Assembly (NCBI GenBank): GCA_965223005.1
Contig: CBDCVK010000010.1
Location: forward strand, 320,001 to 384,000
From: Terriglobia bacterium
GTDB taxonomy: Bacteria > Acidobacteriota > Terriglobia > JAJPHL01 > JAPKYU01
Length of the DNA: 64,000 bases
Reading direction: 5' to 3'
The notes under the pieces were generated by a model. That model was given only the letters and a program-made list of their open reading frames with translations. It was not told the origin of the DNA and did no database searches. Made by a program: the position numbers and the translations under genes. Shown in pieces: positions 37,340-49,050 of the stretch (position 1 is the first letter of the stretch; each line of letters opens with the position of its first letter).

Positions 37340-38973
37340 TCACCAAGTGCGCTCGATGCCCACCACCTTGTATCCAGCGCGCTGCTTACGGATATACACC
37401 GTTACTGTCTTTTCTTGGTCGTCCCCCCGGATCGTGGTGGCAAAATAGGAACCCATTTCGGCGCTTTGAACTTCCCCCGGCAACACGGAGCTCGACGCGG
37501 CTGCGATCGCCGCGTGGGTCTCCGAGTCATTGTCGAAGCGCGACCACCGCACTGTGTAGTCGCGCGCGTTCATGAAGCCGTACTTCACTTGGAGGTCTTC
37601 AAACTCCAGACGGTCGCCGTTGACGCGAAACCCGTCTAGCGGCAGCACGCGGGCGAAGTAGGTCTCTCCGATCTTGTTCCGCCGTTCGATCAGGCATTTC
37701 ACCAGCCAGGCTTCTGCCTCCGGGTCACTGTAGTTCGCGAGCTTGACGATGGCCCGAATCTGCTCGTCCGTGAAGCTCATGACCCTCTTGGCAGCCCAAA
37801 AGGTATCGTCCGGGAGGCGGTTGCCGTAGGCCGGATTGGGGTATTCGGGTTTCCACTTCTCCGGTTCAAAGGTCCTGTAGTCGAACAGCCCGAGAGACGG
37901 GAATGTGCGGTACCTGACGCGGGCCCAGCGGGGCACATAAAGCCCCAGAGTAAATAGCTGAAGGAAGGCCGGCTTGGTTTCATAGAAGTATGCGTTCCCG
38001 CCCCGGGCAGTATTGGCTTTTTCGGTCGCGCTGCCCAGGATGGAACCGAAATCCATGAGATAGTGCTTGATGTACTTCAGGCCGTTCTCTTCGACCAGGG
38101 AGTCGAACGTATTGATGCTGCGCGAATCGTCGTGTCCCAGCCAGGCGCAGAATACAAACAGTCCCCGCAGATCTCGACGATGCTCATGGAGAACAACGTC
38201 GTTGGGATCATCCGATCGCGTACCGTGATACCGAAATTCCCCCAAGAACTTTCCTTTCAGGACATAGCTGGCCACTCCACGGACTCGACCCTGTGCATCA
38301 CGGGGAATTTTGAGCATCATCTCGGTTGCGTCGCGAGGCGACATTGGGCGTTTGCGGCCCCCAACGTCCACCAAGGTCGTGCCGTCGCCGATAACCAGTC
38401 TGTCTTCATCAAAAGTAACGAGGTAGTTTTCCGGCACGTTGTAACCCAGAGCATGGAAAAAAACGGAACCGAGGACGTCGGCGCCGGTGGCCATTTCGGG
38501 GTTCGAGACGGGGTCGAATTTCATATAATAGCTGTTGCCTCTCGAATCCTGAATCCTGAAACCGGGTGAAATCCCTTGAGTCTTGGCCGCGGTGATTCTC
38601 CACTTGCCTTCCATCGAGGGTCCATTCTCGTCGCCCGGGCCTTTCAGCAGTTCCTTGATGCTCATGGGCCGGGAGCCGATGCGGTTCGTGAACCACGAGT
38701 TGTCGGGAACTTCGCCCAGGGTGTTGACCGCCTGTGCTGGGATGAATCCAGCATTGCCGCCTTTTTTCCCCTTCGGTTGCCGTTCACCCGGTTTGGCGAG
38801 CGTATTGTGGAACAAATCGTAGTAGTCGTTTAGCTTGCGGGACTTGGCGTTCTCGACGCGAAGCGGGGTGGGTTCTTTTCCAAGCGGATCGTCATCGTAG
38901 AACTTCTTCGCGCCCAGAAGCAATGGAACGAGCAGCAGAGGAAACAGTAGCGCCAAAACGAATTTCTCCTTCA
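37340..38973 (-). CDS. Exported hypothetical protein with atypical protein-kinase-like motifs
   Basis: Signal peptide MKEKFVLALLFPLLLVPLLLG; GISPGF, YYMKFD, PEM, WLGHDDSRSIN, YLMDFG. Confidence 0.7.
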
Positions 38974-39062
38974 TAAGGCCAGCCTCCCGAGAGTTCTGCT
39001 TCACGTCTTGTTCTAAACCCTCCATATCCGAACGACTCACCTCACAAATGGCACTCTCCATC

Positions 39063-40322
39063 TCAAAATGGGTTCCCAAACTTAAACCAGAACTGAAATC
39101 CCTCATGGCTAAAGCCAACGTCAAGGCGCAGGAAGACGTTGTTGCGGACGTTGAAACGAAAACCAAAACCGGCCGCAGTTTCCAGATCATGGAAGTTGAT
39201 CTGGGAGCGTTTTGGTGTGACTTTACCGGCGTCGAAAAACAGCGCCATGTCTAGTCCCGTGAAAGATTCCCAACGATATTCAGCATTGACGACAATCTGG
39301 TTGTCGTCGTAGAAGCGGTACGACCGGAACCCTCGAAGGTCATCCGATCCGCCAAGGACCGGCTGTAGATAGAATGGAACACTCTGACCCGGGTTGTTAA
39401 AGCTCAGAATCGATCGGGCGCGCAACGCAATGACGCGACGGCTGTTGAAGAAAGGTATGTACTGCTGGGCTTCCAGTTGCAGGTGACGGAAGTTATGCCG
39501 AGCGAGGATGCGGTCATCGTAGTAAGTGAAGCTCGCCAGATAGTTTCCCCCCGAGCGAGGTCCACCCGGATTGTCGCGATTGTCGAACTGGATAAAGCCC
39601 CCGCCGCGGAGGAAGTCGGACTGCCTGTCGAGGCCGGGAGTAGTCGCCGGGGTGAAGACCTCTTCGATAGAGGCTATCCCCGGACGCGTCCCCGGCCCGG
39701 TGTTCACCTGGAGATACCCTCCCGTGACACCCAGCTTTAAGCTGCGTAATGGCTTGACTCCGGCAGTGAAGTCATAGGCGGTGTTTTCGAGCCGGAAGTT
39801 GGTGCGGCTGCCTTCCTCCGAGTCTGGTCCTGGCCCGAAATAGCCGATCCTCGGATAGTTTCGATGCACGGCGTAGAGATCGACAAACACCTTCTCATTC
39901 GCCAGCCTGGGCAGTGTCAACTGGAGATCGTACAGTTGCGCTCTCGCAATCGACCACCGTGCGGATCCACGGAAGGTGAGATTCCCGTTGGCCAAGTCCT
40001 GCCGCAGGTATTCGGGTCCCAGGGCGAAACCCTGACCGGTTGCCAGCCCGCCAAATTGAAGTCGAAAGCCAGCAACACCAGCTGCGAAGCGTTCCAACAG
40101 TTTTTTATCTTTAATGGTGTTCAGGGCTTTCTCTGTTCCGGAGACCTTCTCGGGTGTGGTGTCCGCCGCTTTTTGCCGGCGAGCCTGCTGAATTTCTTCG
40201 GCCCTCGAGTTGACCTGGGCGGCTAAAGGGACAACGAGCAACAGGACGAGCGCGCAGCTAACTGAAATGGACGCAGCTGTTGCTGTTCCCCGGCGCTTGC
40301 ATCTGGAGGGAATTTGTGCCAT
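39063..40322 (-). CDS. Omp85/BamA-TamA family outer-membrane beta-barrel, apparently without POTRA domains
   Basis: Signal peptide; LGGSDDLRGF (VRGF/Y lid motif), NAEYRW, FFDAG, GFGFRF; terminal Phe. Confidence 0.85.
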   Translation of the reverse strand: MAQIPSRCKRRGTATAASISVSCALVLLLVVPLAAQVNSRAEEIQQARRQKAADTTPEKVSGTEKALNTIKDKKLLERFAAGVAGFRLQFGGLATGQGFALGPEYLRQDLANGNLTFRGSARWSIARAQLYDLQLTLPRLANEKVFVDLYAVHRNYPRIGYFGPGPDSEEGSRTNFRLENTAYDFTAGVKPLRSLKLGVTGGYLQVNTGPGTRPGIASIEEVFTPATTPGLDRQSDFLRGGGFIQFDNRDNPGGPRSGGNYLASFTYYDDRILARHNFRHLQLEAQQYIPFFNSRRVIALRARSILSFNNPGQSVPFYLQPVLGGSDDLRGFRSYRFYDDNQIVVNAEYRWESFTGLDMALFFDAGKVTPKRSQINFHDLETAAGFGFRFNVRNNVFLRLDVGFSHEGFQFWFKFGNPF

Positions 40323-40429
40323 TTGGCATCACAAAGAGGCCACTCTTGCGTACCTACGCCCGCACCGGGCAATTGATTATTGATTCGTTGCTTCGAGAAT
40401 GCAATGATTTCGTCTTTTGGGGTACGCGC

Positions 40430-41560
40430 ATGGAAATTGAAGAGTTCGCTCTGGCCACCTGGCTGAATGAGTACGAGACCGACGTTGAGTTCAACCTGGC
40501 CGCCAGTACAGGCCCGCTCTGGACGGCGAAGCAACTGCTGGAGCTGGAAGGGAACGCCGAAGCGGGTTGGGCCGAGCTGGGCAGGGTACCGCTCAACTAC
40601 GTGCACGCCGCCGGCACGCGGGAACTGCGGCGCGCCGTGGCCGACTTCTACGGCGGCGGGATTGACCCGGAGTGGGTGCAGGTGACTACCGGCGCGGGCG
40701 AGGCGCTGTGGCTGATTTTGTTCGACGTATGCGTGCCAGGCGCCAACGTCATCGTCCCCCATCCCTGCTACCCCGCCATGGATGGCATCCCGCGCGCCCT
40801 GGGGGCTGAGGTGCGCTACTGGCGGCTTCGCCCTGAGAACGAGTTTCGCCTCGACCTCGGCGAGCTGCCTCAGTTGATCGACCGGGAGACGCGCGCCATC
40901 GTCGTCTGCAGCCCTCACAACCCCACCGGAGTGGTGATGGAGCCGGAGCAAGTCCGCGCGGTCGGCGAGCTGGCGGCGGCCCGGGGTATCCGCTTCCTCA
41001 GCGACGAGGTGTATCACGGCATTTACTACGATGGACGCGAGCGTGCCAGCGCCGCCCAGATCTCCAACGCAGTGGTGATTGGCGACGTGTCGAAGGCCTT
41101 AAGCCTGGCGGGCCTGCGCATCGGCTGGATCCTGGAACGCGACGAGCTCCGCCGCCAGGCCTATTACAACGCACGCAGCTTCATCACCATCTCCGGTAGC
41201 GTGCTGAGCGAGCGACTGGTGGCCCTGGCCTTGCGGCACTACCGAACCATCTGGCAGCGGAATACCAATCTGGCCGGGCAGAACCTGCGCGCTCTGGCAG
41301 CGCTGTTCGGCGACATGACCGGGCAGATCGGCTGGGTGGAGCCGCAGGGCGGCTTTACCTGCTTCCCCTGGCTGAAGCACCAGGCGGATTCCGAACCGCT
41401 CTGCCGTAGACTGGTGAAGGAAACCGGAGTGCTGATTGCCCCGGGATACACCTTTAGCATGCCAGCCCACTTCCGATTGGGCTTTGGGGTAGCAGGGGCG
41501 CGCTTTCCGGAAGCTCTGGGCCGAGTGCGGGCCGTCCTCCAAGCCGGTGTGGGTCATTGA
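40430..41560 (+). CDS. PLP-dependent aminotransferase class I/II
   Basis: TTGAGEAL, PHNPTG, DEVY, SKALSLAGLRIGW. Confidence 0.92.
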   Translation: MEIEEFALATWLNEYETDVEFNLAASTGPLWTAKQLLELEGNAEAGWAELGRVPLNYVHAAGTRELRRAVADFYGGGIDPEWVQVTTGAGEALWLILFDVCVPGANVIVPHPCYPAMDGIPRALGAEVRYWRLRPENEFRLDLGELPQLIDRETRAIVVCSPHNPTGVVMEPEQVRAVGELAAARGIRFLSDEVYHGIYYDGRERASAAQISNAVVIGDVSKALSLAGLRIGWILERDELRRQAYYNARSFITISGSVLSERLVALALRHYRTIWQRNTNLAGQNLRALAALFGDMTGQIGWVEPQGGFTCFPWLKHQADSEPLCRRLVKETGVLIAPGYTFSMPAHFRLGFGVAGARFPEALGRVRAVLQAGVGH

Positions 41561-41561
41561 A

Positions 41562-41646
41562 AAGCGAGCAACGCCAAGCGAGCGACGCCAAACGAGCAAT
41601 GACAAAGCGAGCAACGACAATTGAGCAACGACAATTGAGCAACGCC
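41562..41646 (+). repeat. Imperfect 14-bp intergenic tandem repeat x6 (aa[gt][ct]gagcaacg[ac]c)
   Basis: aagcgagcaacgcc / aagcgagcgacgcc / aaacgagcaatgaca / aagcgagcaacgac / aattgagcaacgac / aattgagcaacgcc. Confidence 0.9.
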
Positions 41647-41739
41647 GGAGGGGGTGGACCAATTGTGTACATAATGGGGTTCCGCTGCTCCGCCGTTCGT
41701 TCTGCGCCGGGTGCGCCGGGCGTATAATCAGACGCACGG

Positions 41740-42444
41740 ATGCTCCTCTTTGCGCTGTCCCGCGCCGTGAGGGCGCTTGAGTGGGTTCGCCGGCCTCGTT
41801 CTGTTTCTCTAGTCTTCCGTTCCACTGCGATCCTGTCAGGTAGCTTGGCGCTGCTACTAGCGGGCGGCTGCGGTAGTGGTGAGGCCCCATCGACGAGGAC
41901 CGAGAAACCGGAAGCGACCGAACTACCGAAGAAAGCTACCGGGCGGCAGGCTTTTCAGAACATGTTTGTGGCTGCGCGTTCCTGGGCACGTGATGCGAAG
42001 CCCTTTCACCTCACCAACTTCTATCTAAAGCAGTCCACCGGAGTCGGGGGCTTTGCCACTGCCTGGACCGCCAGCTTCGCCTCTCCCTCCCTGCGGAAGT
42101 ACAAAACCTATACCTACTCCACCGTGAAGACGCGGAACCTGCATGAGGGAGTCTTTGCGGGGCACGATGAGCGGTACGGCGCCGAATCGGAACTTAGCGG
42201 CTCGCCGTTCTTGGTGGCAGGCTTTCGGATTGACAGCAATCAGGCGTTTGAAGTGGCTGAAGCGAAGGGAGGGAAGGCCTTCCGCAAAAAAAATCCTCAG
42301 ACGCCGGTCACCTTCTTGTTGGAGTACAACCGATCCTACCAGGGGCTGGTGTGGCTCGTTTGCTACGACGTAGGATGCACCACCAGTCCCTTCACCGTGT
42401 ACGTGCACGCCTCCACGGGTGGGGTGTTGAAGGTCGCCAGATGA
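41740..42444 (+). CDS. Putative lipoprotein (PepSY-like C-terminus)
   Basis: LLLAGGC lipobox-like; VYVHASTGGVLK. Start uncertain. Confidence 0.6.
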   Translation: MLLFALSRAVRALEWVRRPRSVSLVFRSTAILSGSLALLLAGGCGSGEAPSTRTEKPEATELPKKATGRQAFQNMFVAARSWARDAKPFHLTNFYLKQSTGVGGFATAWTASFASPSLRKYKTYTYSTVKTRNLHEGVFAGHDERYGAESELSGSPFLVAGFRIDSNQAFEVAEAKGGKAFRKKNPQTPVTFLLEYNRSYQGLVWLVCYDVGCTTSPFTVYVHASTGGVLKVAR

Positions 42445-43109
42445 AGCGACAGCCCTCGGGCAAGCGCGCCGCCCCTCCAGGGGCCAGGCCCAGGCGGAGA
42501 CGTTGGGCACTGCTGTTGGTCGCGGTGTTGGTGGCATGCGGGACCATCTACTTGTTGCGGCAGCCGTTGCTGCCGGGCCTGTCTTGGATGCTGGTCGTGG
42601 CTGATCCGTTGGAGAAGGCGGATGCCGCCGTGGTGCTGGGTGGCGACAATAGCTACGCAGGCTACCGCGTCCGTGCCGCCGTTCACCTGTACCGTAAGGG
42701 CTGGGTCCGCAAAGTGGTGCTGAGTGGTCCGAAATGGGGCTATGGCATTCACGAGACGGAGCTCTCGGTGCCGCTGGCAGTTTCGCAAGGAATCCGCAAG
42801 GAGGACCTGCTCTTCATCCCCCACGCCGCCCGTTCCACTTGGCAGGAAGCGCAATTGCTGACCGGCATGCTAGAGCGCAGAGGTATCCGCTCGCTCTACG
42901 TGGTGACTTCCAACTATCACACCCGCCGCGCCCGCCGCGCGTTTCTTCGCGCCAGCCGAGGGCGCCTGCGCGTGCTGGCTTATCCCGCCCCCGACGATTG
43001 GTTTGAGCCTCGGCGCTGGTGGCAGTCCCGCGATGGGCGCAAGATCTTCGTCTTGGAATGCCTGAAGAGCGTGAATTCTCTGCTGGAGGAGGCCCTCCGC
43101 TCTGGATGA
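42441..43109 (+). CDS. YdcF/ElyC (DUF218) family protein
   Basis: ADAAVVLGG, LSG, STWQEA, VTSNYHTRRA; ATGA overlap with the upstream gene. Confidence 0.9.
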   Translation: MKRQPSGKRAAPPGARPRRRRWALLLVAVLVACGTIYLLRQPLLPGLSWMLVVADPLEKADAAVVLGGDNSYAGYRVRAAVHLYRKGWVRKVVLSGPKWGYGIHETELSVPLAVSQGIRKEDLLFIPHAARSTWQEAQLLTGMLERRGIRSLYVVTSNYHTRRARRAFLRASRGRLRVLAYPAPDDWFEPRRWWQSRDGRKIFVLECLKSVNSLLEEALRSG

Positions 43110-43247
43110 CGCCTCAGCCCGATGGCTAGCAGTGCGGCAGCGCCCATGCGGGGCCGCACGACCGTCTTTTGTCGTAGAAAACCAGAATCGAGCCTGTTTT
43201 TGACAGGCAGGCGGATCGCAGGGTAGGCTGATGGGCAGCGGCGCCAG

Positions 43248-44357
43248 ATGAGACAGCCACTCGCCTGCTTCCTCCTCTTCGTCCTCTCGGGGTCAAGCGC
43301 GTGTAAAAAGCAGTTGGCTATACCGCACCGCGAACTGGTATTCGTGGCCGCCGAACGCGGCAACGTGGTGACGGTCATTGACCTGGACCGCGTGAGCACG
43401 GTCGCTTCCATCCCCGTTAGCCGTGCTCCCGTCGCGGTACGCGCCGGCCCGGTTCGCAACGAGGTTTACGTGGCGACGCGAGCCGGGCGCTTGGAAGTGA
43501 TTGATGCTGTGCGATTGCAGCTAGATGCCAGCATAGCGGTGGCCGGGAGCCCGGTGCGGCTGGAGGTCAACGCAGCCGGCAACACCGCCTTTGTGTTGAG
43601 CCGGGTGGAGCCTGCGGTCCACATCGTGGACCTGCGTGAGCGCCGGGTAATCAACACGATTCAGTTGGATCCAGGCTGCGAGCCTGTGGCCTGGAAGCCG
43701 GCCCTTGACCGCAATTTACTGTGCGTGGGCGACGCCGCTGGTCGGCAGCTTCTAATCTTAGACTTGGCAAAGGGGACGGTAGTGGCGCGGGTACCCCTGC
43801 CGGCCGCGCCCGCTTGGCTAGAGATCTTGCCCGATAGTTCTCAGGCCTTCGCCGCCCAGCCCGACGCCAGCCAAGTTTCCGCGGTGGACTTGCAGCAGAG
43901 GAAGCTGCTGGTCCACCTGCCGGTCGGCATGCGGCCAGTGCATTTGGCGCTGAAACCGGATGGCGGCGAAATGATCGTCAGCAATGCCGGCTCGAATTCC
44001 ATCACCATCCTGAGCACCTACACCGACGAAGTCGCCCTGACGATGCCGGTGGGCGCCGAGCCGGTCGAAACGCTGTTCAGCGGCGACGGCGCCCGTGGCT
44101 ACGTCGCCAATTTCGCTTCCAACAGCGTCAGCGTGCTGGACATCGAGACCCGCGAGCTTCTGGCGGACGTTCCTACCGGCGCCGGACCCTTCCGCCTGGC
44201 GCTGACTGCCGACGAGCGCTTCCTGCTGGTGCTGAACTCTCACTCGAACGACATGGCCGTTCTCCGCGTTCAGGCTAACCCCATCTCCCTACTCACCATC
44301 CTGCCGGTTGGGGTGGGGCCGAGTGACCTGGCGGTGAAGATAGTGCCGAAACAGTAG
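43248..44357 (+). CDS. YncE/YVTN-family beta-propeller lipoprotein
   Basis: SSAC lipobox; repeats PVGxxP, YVANFASNSVSVLD; TTGACA-N18-TAGGCT upstream (43200-43229). Confidence 0.85.
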   Translation: MRQPLACFLLFVLSGSSACKKQLAIPHRELVFVAAERGNVVTVIDLDRVSTVASIPVSRAPVAVRAGPVRNEVYVATRAGRLEVIDAVRLQLDASIAVAGSPVRLEVNAAGNTAFVLSRVEPAVHIVDLRERRVINTIQLDPGCEPVAWKPALDRNLLCVGDAAGRQLLILDLAKGTVVARVPLPAAPAWLEILPDSSQAFAAQPDASQVSAVDLQQRKLLVHLPVGMRPVHLALKPDGGEMIVSNAGSNSITILSTYTDEVALTMPVGAEPVETLFSGDGARGYVANFASNSVSVLDIETRELLADVPTGAGPFRLALTADERFLLVLNSHSNDMAVLRVQANPISLLTILPVGVGPSDLAVKIVPKQ

Positions 44358-44475
44358 GCAGCAGGCAGTGGGCGGGGTACAGTCGGCGGGGTTCGGTGGG
44401 GCAGGCTTTCCCGTTCCTACCGGCGACTGCTCACTGCCGCAGCCGACTTTTCTACAGCCGACCAGGGGAACGAGG

Positions 44476-45618
44476 TTACCTTCTTCTTTTTCTCTTGGGG
44501 GGAGGCAGTTTCTTCAGGATTCCCCCGGCCGCTTGAGCATAGGCGCCGCCCATTTCCACACACCGCTCCAACACGGTGCGGGCTTCTTCGTTACGGATGA
44601 GCTTGGCATAGCCCCAGCCTTGGAAGAAAAGCACCGGGCTGAGGGCTTGCACGTTGCCTTCCAGTAGCGGGGCAGCAGCCTCCAGCTCCTTCAAGGCGTC
44701 CTCGATCTTTTCTTGCATCATCAGGACGCGGCCCATAATCGAATGTCCAGCGCCGCGAAAGTTGTTCAGATGGTGCTCCCAATCGGCCTCGGCCACCCCT
44801 TCCGGGGCGCTCTTGGTCTGCACCACCTCGAGCAGACGCTCCCCAAGCTGCCGTACTTCTTCCACTTCTTCGGGCTTGCGGCCCTCGGTTTGAGCCATTA
44901 ATTGATGGGTGCGGGTCTCAGCCAGCAGCAGCAGCATGCTCTCGTTTTCCGGCTCGGCCGCAATCGCCTTCTCCGCAGACTCCAACATCTTGGGGACGTC
45001 GCCGAGCATCTGGTAGGTTACTGCGTAGAGCGCGGGCAGCTGCTTGATCTGTTCGCTTTCCGGAAAGCTCTGGGCGAACGAGTCCAGGTATTTCACCCGC
45101 TCCGGCGTGGTATCTTGCGCCGCAGCCTGGAACAGCGCATATTCCAGAAACACCAGGTAGCTGTCTAGCTTCGCATGCTCCGCGTCAAACTCATCATCAT
45201 CGTAGTCCTCCATAGGATCAGCTTTGGCCTTCTTATGGAGGGGCACGGCCGCCACGCTCCACTTGTGGACGCGGGCGTAGTCCTTCGTTTCCATCGAGGC
45301 GCGAACCAGGTTCAGGATCGAATCCAGGTCTTCGTCGTCGGCGTCGGCCGCCATCTCGCCGTACTCGACCGCCTTGTCGTACTGTTTCAGGTCCAGGTAG
45401 GCTGCCGAGAACATCTGGTAGGTGTAAGGCAGAGCCTCGCTGCCGGCGAACTTCTGGGTGAACTCCTCCAGCATCGCCAGACGCTTCTTGGTGTCAGGCT
45501 GCCCCTCGATCTCCATGAGCCTCTTATCTTCCGGAGAGTCGGTGACAATTTTGTACTTCTTCTCTCCCCAGGTGGGAATGGCCAAAAGCAGGACAAACAC
45601 CAAAGCCCATTTCTTCAT
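44476..45618 (-). CDS. Exported TPR-like helical protein
   Basis: Signal peptide MKKWALVFVLLLAIPTWG; TPR-like helices (YDKAVEYGEMA, AEKAIAAEPEN). Confidence 0.7.
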   Translation of the reverse strand: MKKWALVFVLLLAIPTWGEKKYKIVTDSPEDKRLMEIEGQPDTKKRLAMLEEFTQKFAGSEALPYTYQMFSAAYLDLKQYDKAVEYGEMAADADDEDLDSILNLVRASMETKDYARVHKWSVAAVPLHKKAKADPMEDYDDDEFDAEHAKLDSYLVFLEYALFQAAAQDTTPERVKYLDSFAQSFPESEQIKQLPALYAVTYQMLGDVPKMLESAEKAIAAEPENESMLLLLAETRTHQLMAQTEGRKPEEVEEVRQLGERLLEVVQTKSAPEGVAEADWEHHLNNFRGAGHSIMGRVLMMQEKIEDALKELEAAAPLLEGNVQALSPVLFFQGWGYAKLIRNEEARTVLERCVEMGGAYAQAAGGILKKLPPPKRKRRR

Positions 45619-45732
45619 CGGAACCTCCCAGCGCTGATCCGGCCAGGCGCTGATCTGGCCTTTTTACCACAAATGGCAACGGAAGGCACTGCAGTATAAC
45701 GGCCGTCCAGCCGTAAGGCGTTCGCGCCTCGC

Positions 45733-46743
45733 TTACGGGCCAAACAGTCCCGCTTGGGCGGGTGCCTGCGGAGCTTCCACCGGGTAGGCGCGGGGGCTCG
45801 GCAACAGCCCATACTGCTCCCTCAGACGGCCGACTAACTTCTGAAGGCGCTGTTGATAGCGATCGCCCAGGTAGGCGCCGCGCTGATAGCTCCTCCGGTA
45901 GGCCGCAACCAGGTGTGGGAATTCGGTTTCCAGGAAGGGGAAGAACTGCTTTTGCGCTGAGGGCATCAAGAACAACGCCGAGGCCATGAAATGGCGAGCG
46001 CCGGCCGCCGCTGCCTCTCGCGCCACCGCCTGCAGGTCATTCGGGTTATCGGTGATGGCTGGCAGAATTGGAGCGGCGAAAACTCCAACCCAGACGCCGC
46101 CTTCGGCCAGACGGCGCACGGCAGACAGGCGCAAGTCGGGACAGGGCGCGCGCGGCTCCAGCGCCCGTGCCAGCGGGGCATGCAAGGTGGTGATGGTCAC
46201 GTTCACGTGAACAGAGTTGCACCTGCCGATCCGCCGCAGCAGGCTGAGGTCGCGCACAACCAGGTCGGATTTCGTCGTGATCGAGAGCCGCACTCCGCGC
46301 GCCCTCTCGGCGATCACTTCCAGAATCTGCCGGGTGACGCCAAAGCGGCGCTCGGCCGGCTGGTAGGGGTCGGTGGCCGCGCCGATGGCAATCTCAGCGC
46401 CCTCTGCCTTCTTCAGCTCGGCCCGAAGCAGCTCAGCCGCGCGCTGCTTGGCGTAGATGCGGTTCTCGAACAGCCCACCATCCAGCTCCATGTACTCGTG
46501 CGTATAGCGCGCGTAGCAATACTTGCAGCCGAATTCACAGCCCCGATAGGGGTTGATGGTGTAGTCAAACGGCACGCGGCTGCTGTCGCAGCGGTTCAGG
46601 ATGCTGCGGACCGGCAGCGATCGATACTCCACCTGCGTCTTGGCGCCGAGTGAGGGGCTTTCGGCGGCTAGCCGGGCGATGCCCACGAGCCGACTGGAGC
46701 GCTGCTGTGGGGGCGGCCAGGAAGCCAGGGTGAGTTGGGACAC
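45733..46743 (-). CDS. SplB-like (Rv2578c family) radical SAM DNA-repair protein
   Basis: INPYRGCEFGCKYCYAR, TDPYQPAE, ITTKS. Confidence 0.9.
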   Translation of the reverse strand: MSQLTLASWPPPQQRSSRLVGIARLAAESPSLGAKTQVEYRSLPVRSILNRCDSSRVPFDYTINPYRGCEFGCKYCYARYTHEYMELDGGLFENRIYAKQRAAELLRAELKKAEGAEIAIGAATDPYQPAERRFGVTRQILEVIAERARGVRLSITTKSDLVVRDLSLLRRIGRCNSVHVNVTITTLHAPLARALEPRAPCPDLRLSAVRRLAEGGVWVGVFAAPILPAITDNPNDLQAVAREAAAAGARHFMASALFLMPSAQKQFFPFLETEFPHLVAAYRRSYQRGAYLGDRYQQRLQKLVGRLREQYGLLPSPRAYPVEAPQAPAQAGLFGP

Positions 46744-46750
46744 GGCCTGT

Positions 46751-46765
46751 GTTCGCTTTTTATTC
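46751..46765. promoter_or_regulatory. Putative LexA (SOS) box GTTC-N7-ATTC, just downstream of a minus-strand TTGACA (46772-46777)
   Basis: gttc-gcttttt-attc, 7 bp upstream of the SplB-like start; the Acidobacteria LexA consensus is GTTC-N7-GTTC. Confidence 0.7.
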
Positions 46766-46839
46766 GCCTCCTGTCAAGCTTTTCTGAGGGCACTTTGTGG
46801 GTCCTTTTGCTCCACGCCCGAGCCGTAAGCCTGCACGCG

Positions 46840-46869
46840 TTGACAAGCTTGCAAGAGCAAAGGTAGATT
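46840..46869 (+). promoter_or_regulatory. Sigma70-type promoter for acs
   Basis: TTGACA-N18-TAGATT. Confidence 0.55.
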
Positions 46870-46974
46870 CGAGGCTTGCATTCGGACTGCGGGTTCCGCA
46901 TTTAACCCCGGCCACCAACCAAGAGCTATCAGCCCCTGCCCGGGCATGCAGACTCTCACCTAACGGAGCAAAAG

Positions 46975-48963
<1,989 letters not shown>

Positions 48964-49050
48964 GTTCCGGCAGAGCTGCCGTCGAACTCCCGGACGACAA
49001 TAATGCCGATTTACCCCGAATAGGACGTATGGCGGGCATGGGGTGAAAGG

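Noticed and set aside
38974-39190. N-terminal extension of the 616-aa ORF overlapping the Omp85 gene
   Set aside because: The signal peptide begins at ATG 38973 with a GGAGG upstream; the extension is incidental open frame.
41562-41646. 14-bp array as CRISPR or iterons
   Set aside because: No spacers, units too short, and no rep gene or AT-rich origin nearby.
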